Of a stretch of DNA of 64,000 nucleotides, positions 8,765 through 17,195 are shown piece after piece. Positions within the stretch are counted from its first letter, which is position 1. The number at the start of each line of letters is the position of its first letter. Made by a program: the position numbers and the translations under genes. The DNA is from Lysobacteraceae bacterium (GTDB taxonomy: Bacteria > Pseudomonadota > Gammaproteobacteria > Xanthomonadales > Xanthomonadaceae): the NCBI GenBank assembly GCA_046598445.1, contig JBKJHV010000084.1, forward strand, positions 1,552-65,551, in the 5' to 3' direction. Below the pieces are notes generated by a model. That model searched no databases, was not told the origin of the DNA, and saw only the letters and a program-made list of their open reading frames with translations.

Positions 8765-8780
8765 ACCGCTTGGTATCGAT

Positions 8781-8879
8781 TCAGAACTCGACCCAATACG
8801 GCCATACCTTCCACAGGCTGCTTTTCTCGTTGGGATGGATGTTCAGGGTCACACGGGCAGCGCGCATCAGTCGGGCCAT
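8781..8879 (-). CDS. 32-aa putative RiPP precursor peptide MARLMRAARVTLNIHPNEKSSLWKVWPYWVEF (not in ORF track)
   Basis: Hand translation: ATG at 8879, TGA at 8781-8783; AAGGAG SD 7 nt upstream; 16 nt from the P450 start; basic leader plus aromatic C-terminal core. Confidence 0.82.
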   Translation of the reverse strand: MARLMRAARVTLNIHPNEKSSLWKVWPYWVEF

Positions 8880-9549
8880 GGTTCTACTCCTTTTTTTTGA
8901 AATTAAAAAAGTTGAAGCGGTGACGCGGAACTTTGATAGCACGCCAATATTTGCGGTGTCAATTTGCTTTCCATTCGCTGCGTGCCTGCGGATTTACGGT
9001 GTCGAAACGGATTTCTTAAATATGATCCTGTCTCTTCCTGTTTTTCGCTTCCGATTTCCTTGTTCTTTTTTTGCGGCGATCGCGATCTTGATGTGGTTCG
9101 CATGGATTCATCGCTTCAGGACTTGTCCGGTTAGCACGCCGGTCGCCCGGTGGTTGCGGAGTCTTTCGCCGAACAGCTCCGGTCGAGATGGACTCCGGGT
9201 TCCGAGAGAGGCAAAAAAGCGGCGGGTTGAGCGGAGCGGGAACGGCTTTGGTTTGGGTCGCGACGGATGTCGCGGATCGACCGGACGACGGCCAGCGTTC
9301 GGTTTCGCAGACGAAAGCGGCTCGCGGGCGTCAATATCCGGATGCATTCCGTTCAATGCCGTAAGCCCTCACGAAAACCGGCTTGAACACGCCTCACGAC
9401 AGCCTCGCATTCGCACATGCTCACCGCTGTTGGGCTGAGTATCAAAATCAAAATAGCTGAACGAACCACCTCGCCAGCCCGGTTTCGTTTTGCAGCCCAA
9501 CCTCATCGCCAGTACGGTGCATCCACACACCGTCCGGAAGGGAACGAAC

Positions 9550-10222
9550 ATGTCGCATCTGAAACTCACAACTGCCTGCGCTTTGGCCCTGATGCTGGTG
9601 GCGACGGGGGCAAGCGCAGGGAAAACCCGCACCAAAAGCAACAATTCCAACGACCGCGTGGCGCCGGAAGGCGTGGTGCTGCAGGACAGCGCAGCCGGGG
9701 CCAACGGCTGTTTCTTGGGAACCGGGGCATGGTCCTGGGCGGCGGTATCCTCGGTCGGCTCGTTGAGCGGAGGCGGCAGCGGGGCTGCGGCGGCCAGCTA
9801 CGCCCGGTCGGGCTCGATCGAAACCGATCTCCGCCCGGTCTGCGATTCCGCGCAATCGGCCATCGACCGGATCAATGCCGATGCCGCCAGGCTCGGCGCA
9901 TTGGACGCTGCGGTGCAAGCCGGCGACGAGGCGACCATCCGCAATCTGTTGATCGAAGCAGGGCTATCGTCGCAGTTGGCGACCGGCGCGCAGTTCCGCC
10001 ATCAACACCAAAGGCACGGGCGCGACCAATGGCCGTGGGTCGGCCTCGAACAGCAGCGCCTCCGATGAGCAGCCGCAGGCCGCCATTGCCGACATCAAGG
10101 CCGGGGACATGCCCAACCGCATCAGCATGAATGTCACCGTCGCGCGGACTGCTGGGGGCGTGAGTTTCACGGTCGGCCGCAGCTTCAAGAACAAGAACGG
10201 CCACGTCACGCTCAATCGCTGA
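9550..10222 (+). pseudogene. Secreted hypothetical protein with an apparent +1 frameshift near 9994-9998
   Basis: Signal peptide MSHLKLTTACALALMLVATGASA; the track frame ends at 10068 with an unnatural tail, while the +1 frame from 9998 (AINTKGTG...GHVTLNR) runs open to TGA 10220-10222 just before a terminator. Confidence 0.6.
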
Positions 10223-10227
10223 AGTGA

Positions 10228-10261
10228 AAGGCCGCCCCTCGGAAGGGGCGGCCTTTGTTTG
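10228..10261. terminator. Bidirectional intrinsic terminator
   Basis: AAAGGCCGCCCC-TCGGAA-GGGGCGGCCTTT hairpin between convergent genes. Confidence 0.8.
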
Positions 10262-10271
10262 CATTGCAGCC

Positions 10272-10670
10272 TCAATTCAACGCGGGCAGCAGGAACGCGA
10301 ATACTGCCCCGACGACGGTGCAAAGCAAGGCGACGGCCCAGAGAATGACGCTGGCTCTGCGCAATCGGGTGCAGGTATGTGCCAGATCGGGATCGGCTGG
10401 ACACGGGAGTGATCGGGCGCGCCTCAGCAGCACGCCCGACAACCCCAGCATCGCGAAGGCGACAGCGAATACGCCCGCCTTGTGCGCCGACAGCCATATC
10501 AGCTGCGGCACTGCCGTCACCAGCCCGGCTAGAGCTGCGCCCGCGCCCAGTGCGACCATGACCGCGGGCAACACGCAGCAGATCAGCGTTCCGCTGCTCG
10601 CGATCAAGGTCAAGGTCGCCACTCCGAAGTTGCGTCGAAGCGGTGCGCCCGCGTCGCCAACCTCAGTCAT
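10272..10670 (-). CDS. MerT-like heavy-metal membrane transport protein
   Basis: Three hydrophobic segments, CC pair in TM1 (LICCVLP), second Cys pair (PCPAD...TC). Confidence 0.7.
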   Translation of the reverse strand: MTEVGDAGAPLRRNFGVATLTLIASSGTLICCVLPAVMVALGAGAALAGLVTAVPQLIWLSAHKAGVFAVAFAMLGLSGVLLRRARSLPCPADPDLAHTCTRLRRASVILWAVALLCTVVGAVFAFLLPALN

Positions 10671-10992
10671 GACGGGATACCCGCGTACGGATCGATTCCA
10701 GCGAATTTTCGGTCCGGCGGATCGCCACGACGGCGTAGCCGGCATCAACGATTGCCTTGCGCAGAGTCGCATCGTCGATATCGGCGCCGTCCTTGAGTTT
10801 TATCGCGACGATGCGGTGCTCCAGACTGACGAATACCGATTGCGTTGCAGGGAAAGCCTTCAACGTCTTTTCGATCCCTTGGGCGCAGAAGGCGCAGACC
10901 AGTCCGTTGACATCCATTTCGATGGTTTTTGCAGAGGCGATGGAAGAGAAGCCGAGCAGCAGGGCGAATACGATGTTGTTGAGCGTTTTCAT
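10663..10992 (-). CDS. Periplasmic heavy-metal-associated (HMA, MerP/CopZ-like) protein
   Basis: Signal peptide then VNGLVCAFCAQGIEK (CxxC) and DAGY. Confidence 0.85.
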   Translation of the reverse strand: MKTLNNIVFALLLGFSSIASAKTIEMDVNGLVCAFCAQGIEKTLKAFPATQSVFVSLEHRIVAIKLKDGADIDDATLRKAIVDAGYAVVAIRRTENSLESIRTRVSRHD

Positions 10993-11008
10993 TCGGATGT
11001 CCTCGAGA

Positions 11009-11662
11009 TCAGAAATTGACCATGGCCATGGCTTGCAGGTTGCCGTCGGCGGTAGCGCCGAACTCAACCCAGGTACGGCCTTTGAAAAGTCGCACCAGCA
11101 ACGCGACCTCGGTCCCGTTGTACAAACCGCCGGTGTAATCGCGGCCTTGGATGACGATCCAGGTGGCGAGGCCGTCGTAGTCGTGGGCATAGGGCGCCCA
11201 GCCGAGTTGGACGGTATCGATGCGATGCGAGAACTGGTCGCTTTCATGCAGATCCGACCGCAACGAACTGTAGATCCGACGGGTTTCGTAATCGGCCTGG
11301 AAACCTGCGTTGCGGGACGAGGTGCTGCCCGAAAAATCGTTTCCCGTTGCCTGGCCCAGGCCGCCCCAGACAAAAATGTTCGCCTGCGCACCCGGGAGGT
11401 TCCATCGTTTCGCCAGCAGATTGCCGCGTACATAAGTAATGCGGCGCTGCGTCGTGCCTTCTTCGCTTTCCAGTTCCAGCCAGCCGCCGCCCAGCGAGTA
11501 CCAATACTTGGGGGCATAGAAAAGCTGGGCCTCGTTCATGGTGCCTGCGCCGTATTCGGCCATGACGGTTGTGCCTTTGGCGAACGCGATAGGCTTCGCC
11601 GTCGCGGCCACAGGCAGCGTTCCGAGCAGCGCGACGGCTGCCCAGTATGTGTAGGGATGCAT
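11009..11662 (-). CDS. Putative outer-membrane beta-barrel protein in metal module
   Basis: Signal peptide, alternating aromatic beta-strands, terminal Phe. Confidence 0.6.
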   Translation of the reverse strand: MHPYTYWAAVALLGTLPVAATAKPIAFAKGTTVMAEYGAGTMNEAQLFYAPKYWYSLGGGWLELESEEGTTQRRITYVRGNLLAKRWNLPGAQANIFVWGGLGQATGNDFSGSTSSRNAGFQADYETRRIYSSLRSDLHESDQFSHRIDTVQLGWAPYAHDYDGLATWIVIQGRDYTGGLYNGTEVALLVRLFKGRTWVEFGATADGNLQAMAMVNF

Positions 11663-11736
11663 GATTCGTCTCCGTGGATTGCCACACGCGTGGCGAGGGA
11701 GCGGCCCTCAGGCGCGCTCGATCAGATCGGACGAAT

Positions 11737-12123
11737 TCAGACGATTGGAGGGCGGAGCGGTGTATCCAATCGCAATGACGGTGGTTCGCTGGAATACCAT
11801 GCGAACGCCATGGATGTCGCGGGAAGTGCCGGGAGTGGCTGGACGAAAGAAGGCAGTACGCCAGTCGCCAGACAGGCCGAGAAATCGCAGAACGACTGCG
11901 GGCAGCATCCCTCTTCGCAAGGTGTGTAGTGGTGGTCGTCGGGCGGCGGCATGGGCATGCCTTCATCGCAAGGCATATCGCCCACCGTCATTGCCATCGC
12001 CTTAAGTTCGACGTCATTCGCATGCGCGGTCATGCCAAGAAGCCGATTGTTGCCGGGCAACACCAAGGCTGCGATCAGCAGCATCAGGAAAGCTCGGTGG
12101 ACAATGTGCAGGCATGAGGGCAT
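11737..12123 (-). CDS. CopL-like small Cys/His/Met-rich metal-binding protein
   Basis: MPCD...DDHH..PCEEGCCP..CD..AC and C-terminal PLRPPI motif; heads the metal operon. Confidence 0.65.
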   Translation of the reverse strand: MPSCLHIVHRAFLMLLIAALVLPGNNRLLGMTAHANDVELKAMAMTVGDMPCDEGMPMPPPDDHHYTPCEEGCCPQSFCDFSACLATGVLPSFVQPLPALPATSMAFAWYSSEPPSLRLDTPLRPPIV

Positions 12124-12281
12124 GGCGCATTCTAGACCCGATGAGGCCCCGGGAGGCAAATCCAGCGGGGTCGCCAAATGAACGGCAGGAAAGGGGGTTC
12201 ATTGTCCTTACTATGATCCGAATTCGAGGGGCATACCGGACGCGCTGAGGCTTCGGGACGCCGCTCCCGCTAGAATGTCGG

Positions 12282-13493
12282 ATGTCCATCCGCCCCACCT
12301 CCGCCGCGACCCCCGCCCTGACCCTCATCCGCAACGCTTCGGTGTTCGCGCCGGAGGCCCTGGGCCTGCGCCAATTGCTGGTCGGCGGCGGCAGGATTCT
12401 CTGGATCGGTGGCGTCGATGACCCTGCGCCGGTCGTCCCCGGCCTCGATGTGGTCGACCTGGCCGGCAAACGCCTGATTCCCGGTCTGATCGACGGCCAT
12501 GCCCACGTCACCGGCGGCGGCGGCGAGGGCGGGTTCGCGACGCGGGTGCCGCCGGTGCCGCTGTCGCGGTTCACCACGGCCGGGGTGACCACTGTGATCG
12601 GGGTGCTGGGTACCGACGATCTGGCGCGGACTCCCAGTGAGTTGCTGGCCTCCGTGCATGCGCTGCGCGAGCAGGGCTTGGGCGCGTTCGCGTGGTGCGG
12701 CGGCTATCACCTGCCGCCGGTCACGCTGACCGGCAGCGTCCGCGGCGACATCGCGTTCCTCGATCCGGTGATCGGCGTCGGCGAGCTGGCGATCAGCGAC
12801 CACCGCTCCAGCCAGCCGACTTTCGACGAATTCGTGCGCGTCGCCTCCGAATGTCACGTCGCCGGATTGATGACCGGCAAGGCCGGGGTGCTGCATCTGC
12901 ATCTGGGCGACGGCGTGCGCGGGCTGGAGCTGGTGCGCCGCGCGCTGGACGAAACCGAGCTGCCGGCACGGGTCTTCCATCCCACGCACATCAATCGGCG
13001 CAAAGCGCTGTTCGAGGAAGCGCTGGCGCTGGCGAAGCGCGGCTGCACGGTCGATATCACCGCGTTCCCGGTCGAGGACGGCGAAGACGCCTGGCCCGCC
13101 GCTGAGGCTTGGGAGCGCTATCACGCGTCCGGCGCGCCTGCGGAGCGGCTGACCATCAGTTCCGATGCGGGCGGCTGCCTGCCGACCTTCGACGACGACG
13201 GCCGTCTGTGCCGGATGGACGTGGGCAGCGCGCGCGCATTGCTCGACACGATCCGCACACTGCTCGCCCGTGGCCATGCGCTGGACGCGGTGCTGCCGGC
13301 GTTCACCCGCAACATCGCGCGCCACCTGCGGCTGGCGGGCAAAGGCGACATCATGATCGGCGCCGACGCCGATCTGGTCGTGCTGGATGCCGATGGCTGC
13401 GTCGCCGATGTGATGGCGCAGGGCGCGTGGCATGTGCGCGATGGCGCAACGCTGCGCATGGGCATGTTCGAAGCCGATGTCGCGCAGCGCTGA
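12282..13493 (+). CDS. iadA: Isoaspartyl dipeptidase (beta-aspartyl peptidase)
   Basis: PGLIDGHAHVTGGGGEGGF, GELAISDHRSSQP, PTHINR, SSDAGG. Confidence 0.92.
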   Translation: MSIRPTSAATPALTLIRNASVFAPEALGLRQLLVGGGRILWIGGVDDPAPVVPGLDVVDLAGKRLIPGLIDGHAHVTGGGGEGGFATRVPPVPLSRFTTAGVTTVIGVLGTDDLARTPSELLASVHALREQGLGAFAWCGGYHLPPVTLTGSVRGDIAFLDPVIGVGELAISDHRSSQPTFDEFVRVASECHVAGLMTGKAGVLHLHLGDGVRGLELVRRALDETELPARVFHPTHINRRKALFEEALALAKRGCTVDITAFPVEDGEDAWPAAEAWERYHASGAPAERLTISSDAGGCLPTFDDDGRLCRMDVGSARALLDTIRTLLARGHALDAVLPAFTRNIARHLRLAGKGDIMIGADADLVVLDADGCVADVMAQGAWHVRDGATLRMGMFEADVAQR

Positions 13494-13527
13494 ATCTTTC
13501 GATAAAAAAACGAACCCAGGAAACCAG

Positions 13528-14370
13528 ATGTGTCCCAGTAAAGTCCCCGACGGGGAAGCGCGCGGTTGGATCATTCCGATCGGCGGCGCCGAAGAAAAAG
13601 AGAACGACCGCGCGATCCTCGCCCGCTTCGTCGAACTCTGTGGTGGCGCCGATGCCGATATCGTGGTGATCCCGACCGCGAGCAAGCTCGCGGCGACCGG
13701 TCCGCGCTATGTCGACATCTTCAACAGCCTCGGCGTGACGAACGTCGAGGTGATGGATTTCGACACCCGCCGCGATGCCGACGAACCGCGCCGGGTGAAG
13801 CGCATCGAGCAGGCCAGCGGCGTGTTCTTCACCGGCGGCAACCAGCTGCGGCTCGGCACGCTGCTCGGCGGCACCGCGGTGGCGAAAGCGATCCGCCAGT
13901 GCAACGCGCGCGGCATGCACGTGGCCGGCACCAGCGCGGGCGCGGCGTTCCTCAGCGAACACATGATCGCGTTCGGCGAAGAAGGCCCGACGCCGATCGC
14001 CGGCATGGTGCGGCTGGCGCCGGGTCTCGGGCTCACGAACCGTTTCGTCATCGACCAGCACTTCCGCCAGCGCGATCGTCTTGGCCGCTTGACCGCGGCG
14101 CTGGCCTTCAATCCGTTCGCGATCGGTATCGGTCTGGACGAAGACACCGCGGCGCTGATTTCGCCGGACAACGTGGTCGAGGTGCTGGGCAGCGGCGGGG
14201 TCACCGTGGTCGACGCCGCCGGCCTGCAGTTTTCGTCGATGGCGCAGGTCGATGAGGGCGAGCCGGTCTGCCTGCTCGGCCTGAGCTTCCACATCCTCGT
14301 CGCCGGTGCTACGTTCAACCTGCACACGCGCAAGGCTTCGGCCGGCGCGCTGCTCGTACCCAAGGAATAA
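13528..14370 (+). CDS. cphB: Cyanophycinase
   Basis: IGGAEEK, IPTAS, FTGGNQLRL, GTSAGA nucleophile, IDQHF.QRDRLGRL, GLDEDT. Confidence 0.93.
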   Translation: MCPSKVPDGEARGWIIPIGGAEEKENDRAILARFVELCGGADADIVVIPTASKLAATGPRYVDIFNSLGVTNVEVMDFDTRRDADEPRRVKRIEQASGVFFTGGNQLRLGTLLGGTAVAKAIRQCNARGMHVAGTSAGAAFLSEHMIAFGEEGPTPIAGMVRLAPGLGLTNRFVIDQHFRQRDRLGRLTAALAFNPFAIGIGLDEDTAALISPDNVVEVLGSGGVTVVDAAGLQFSSMAQVDEGEPVCLLGLSFHILVAGATFNLHTRKASAGALLVPKE

Positions 14371-14391
14371 GCCCAGGAGTCAGTTCACGTC

Positions 14392-17184
14392 ATGCGCATC
14401 CTCGATCGTTCGGTATTCGTTGGTCCCTCGCTGTATGCGCATTTCCCGGTGATCCGGCTGGAGCTGGATCTCGGCAAGCTGGAAGCCTGGCCCACCGGCC
14501 GGCTCGGCGCCGGTTTCGTCGATGCGCTGGTCGAGGCCGTGCCCGGATTACTCGAACACGGCTGCTCCTACCGTGAGCCCGGCGGGCTGATCCGGCGGAT
14601 GAAGGAAGGCGAGGGCACCTGGCTGGGCCACGTGCTGGAACATGTCGCCATCGAACTGCAGAACATGGCCGGCGAAGACGTGACCTTCGGCAAGACCCGC
14701 AGCATCGATGACCGCCCAGGCGTGTATTCGGTGGTCTACGAATATGCGCAGCGCGAGGAAGGCATCGAGGCCGGCGAACTGGCGTTGAAACTGCTGCGCT
14801 CGCTGCTGCCGGAAGACCTGCGTTCGGCCGACGCCGTGCCCGAGGATTGGAACTGGCCCGAAGCGCGCGATACCTTCATCCGTTACGCACAGCGCCGCGC
14901 ACTGGGGCCGTCGACGATGTCGCTGGTCAAAGCGGCTGAAGAGCGCAACATCCCGTGGCTGCGCTTGAACGAGCAGTCGCTGGTGCAACTGGGCCACGGC
15001 AAATATCAACAACGCATCCAGGCGACGGTGACCGGCAAGACCTCGCACATCGCGGTGGAACTGGCCAGCGACAAGGAAGAAACCAACAAGATCCTCGGCT
15101 CGCTCGGCCTGCCGGTGCCGCGCCAGGAACTGGTGCAGAGCGAAGGCGCCGCGCGCCGCGCCGCGCGCAAGATCGGCTTCCCGGTGGTGACCAAGCCGTA
15201 CAACGGCAATCACGGCCGCGGCATCTCGATCAAACTCGGCAGCGACGAAGAAGTAGTCGAAGGGTTTCTCAAGGCGCAGGCGATTTCGCGCTCGGTCATC
15301 GTCGAGACTTATCTCGAAGGCGACGACCACCGCCTGCTGGTGGTCAACGGCGAACTGGTCGCGGCGACCCGACGCACGCCGGGGCATGTCGTCGGCGACG
15401 GCACGCACACCATCCGCGAACTGGTCGAAATCGTGAACCAGGATCCGCGCCGCGGCATCGGCCACGAGAAAGTGCTGACCCGCATCGAACTCGATGCGCA
15501 GGCCGAGATGATGATGGCGCGCGCCGAAGTGACCGCGGACAGCGTGCCGGAAGCGGGTCGCATCATCTACCTGCGCTCGACTGCGAATCTGTCCACCGGC
15601 GGCACCGCCACCGACGTGACGGACATCATCCACCCCGACAACCGCGAAATGGCGGTGCGCGCCATCAAGGCCATCGGCCTGGACGTGGGCGGCGTGGATT
15701 TCCTGAGCACCAATATCGCCGAAAGCTACAAGACCATCGGCGGCGGCATCTGCGAAGTCAACGCCGCGCCCGGATTCCGGATGCACGTGGCGCCGAGCGA
15801 AGGCAAGCCGCGCGACGCCGCCGGCCCGGTGATCGACATGCTGTTCCCGCAGGGCACGCCGTCGCGGGTGCCGATTGCCGCGATCACCGGCACCAACGGC
15901 AAGACCACCACCTCGCGGATGCTCGCGCACATCGCGAAGATGGCCGCGTTCACGCCGGGCCTCACCACCACCGACGGCGTGTATATCGACGGCCAGCGCA
16001 CGGTCGAAGGCGACATGACCGGGCCGGTGTCGGCGCGGATGGTACTGGCGGACCCGCAGATCGATTTCGCGGTGTTGGAAACCGCGCGCGGCGGCCTGCT
16101 GCGCGCAGGCATGGGCGTGACCCGGGTCGATGTCGGCGCGGTGCTGAACGTGCAGTCGGATCATCTCGGCATGAAGGGCATCGATACGCTGGAGCAACTG
16201 GCCGAGGTCAAGCGCATCGTCGTCGAAGTGGCCGAAGACTGTGCGGTGCTCAACGCCGACGATCCGAATGTGCTGAAGATGGGCGGCTATACCGACGCCA
16301 AGGTCATCTGTTACGTCACCCTCAATCCCTCGCACGGGCTGGTGCGCGAGCACATTCGCGCCGGCGGCCGCGCCTGCGCGCTGGAAGCCGGCGTCAACGG
16401 CCAGATGATCACCTTGTACGACAAGGGCAGCCATATCCCGCTGTTGTGGACGCATCTGATTCCGGCGACGTTGGAAGGCAAGGCGCTGCACAATGTGCAA
16501 AACGCGATGTTCGCCGCGGCCATGGCGTTTTCGATGGGGATCAAACTGGATGCGATCCGCCAGGGCCTGCGCACGTTCGACAGCACCTTCTTCCAGGCGC
16601 CGGGGCGGATGAACGTGTTCAACGAGCATCCGTTCAAGGTGCTGTTCGACTACGGCCACAATGCGCACGCGGTGGCGGCGATGGCCGATCTGGCCCAGCG
16701 TCTGGAAGTGAGCGGCCGTCGTCTGGTAGTGGTGGCCGGCCCCGGCGACCGCCGTGATGAGGACCTGCGAGAGATCGCCAAGGCCGTGGCCGGTGGTTTC
16801 GACCATTACATCTGCCGTCGCGACGATGGTCTGCGCGGTCGCAAGCCCGACGAAGTGCCGAAGTTGATCGCCGCGACCCTGCGCGAGCATGGTGTCGCCG
16901 AAGACCAGATCAGCATCATTCCTGACGAACAGGACGCGATTGACGCCGGGCTGCGCATGGCCCAGGCCGGCGACGTGCTGCTGGTCTTCGCCGATGCGCT
17001 GGTGCGTTCGTGGAAGCAGATCATCAAGTTCAAGCCGGAAGGCGCGCCGCAGAAAGTAGCGGTCGTCGCGGAGAAAACCATCGAAGAGGAAGCGACTGTC
17101 GAGCCTGGCTTCTCGCCCGAGCAGTGGGAAGGCGTGAGCCGCGATGAGCGCGGCATCTTCATCTCGCGCGAGAGCGACGACTGA
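14392..17184 (+). CDS. cphA: Cyanophycin synthetase (CphA1)
   Basis: N domain (HGCS...GHVLEH), ATP-grasp (KPYNGNHGRG, EVNAAPGFRMH), Mur-ligase domain (GTNGKTTT, ETARGG, DYGHN). Confidence 0.95.
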   Translation: MRILDRSVFVGPSLYAHFPVIRLELDLGKLEAWPTGRLGAGFVDALVEAVPGLLEHGCSYREPGGLIRRMKEGEGTWLGHVLEHVAIELQNMAGEDVTFGKTRSIDDRPGVYSVVYEYAQREEGIEAGELALKLLRSLLPEDLRSADAVPEDWNWPEARDTFIRYAQRRALGPSTMSLVKAAEERNIPWLRLNEQSLVQLGHGKYQQRIQATVTGKTSHIAVELASDKEETNKILGSLGLPVPRQELVQSEGAARRAARKIGFPVVTKPYNGNHGRGISIKLGSDEEVVEGFLKAQAISRSVIVETYLEGDDHRLLVVNGELVAATRRTPGHVVGDGTHTIRELVEIVNQDPRRGIGHEKVLTRIELDAQAEMMMARAEVTADSVPEAGRIIYLRSTANLSTGGTATDVTDIIHPDNREMAVRAIKAIGLDVGGVDFLSTNIAESYKTIGGGICEVNAAPGFRMHVAPSEGKPRDAAGPVIDMLFPQGTPSRVPIAAITGTNGKTTTSRMLAHIAKMAAFTPGLTTTDGVYIDGQRTVEGDMTGPVSARMVLADPQIDFAVLETARGGLLRAGMGVTRVDVGAVLNVQSDHLGMKGIDTLEQLAEVKRIVVEVAEDCAVLNADDPNVLKMGGYTDAKVICYVTLNPSHGLVREHIRAGGRACALEAGVNGQMITLYDKGSHIPLLWTHLIPATLEGKALHNVQNAMFAAAMAFSMGIKLDAIRQGLRTFDSTFFQAPGRMNVFNEHPFKVLFDYGHNAHAVAAMADLAQRLEVSGRRLVVVAGPGDRRDEDLREIAKAVAGGFDHYICRRDDGLRGRKPDEVPKLIAATLREHGVAEDQISIIPDEQDAIDAGLRMAQAGDVLLVFADALVRSWKQIIKFKPEGAPQKVAVVAEKTIEEEATVEPGFSPEQWEGVSRDERGIFISRESDD

Positions 17185-17195
17185 ACGCCGCGAAC

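Larger units (their letters stand above)
7429..12200. mobile_element. Putative tRNA-anchored genomic islet without integrase
   Basis: Starts at the tRNA 3' end; visibly more AT-rich codon usage and intergenic DNA (e.g. 8881-9110); accessory cargo; no integrase seen; right boundary approximate. Confidence 0.55.

Noticed and set aside
8903-9103. 66-aa minus-strand ORF upstream of the precursor as a second RiPP gene
   Set aside because: No clear SD, no aromatic core, lies in AT-rich promoter-like DNA
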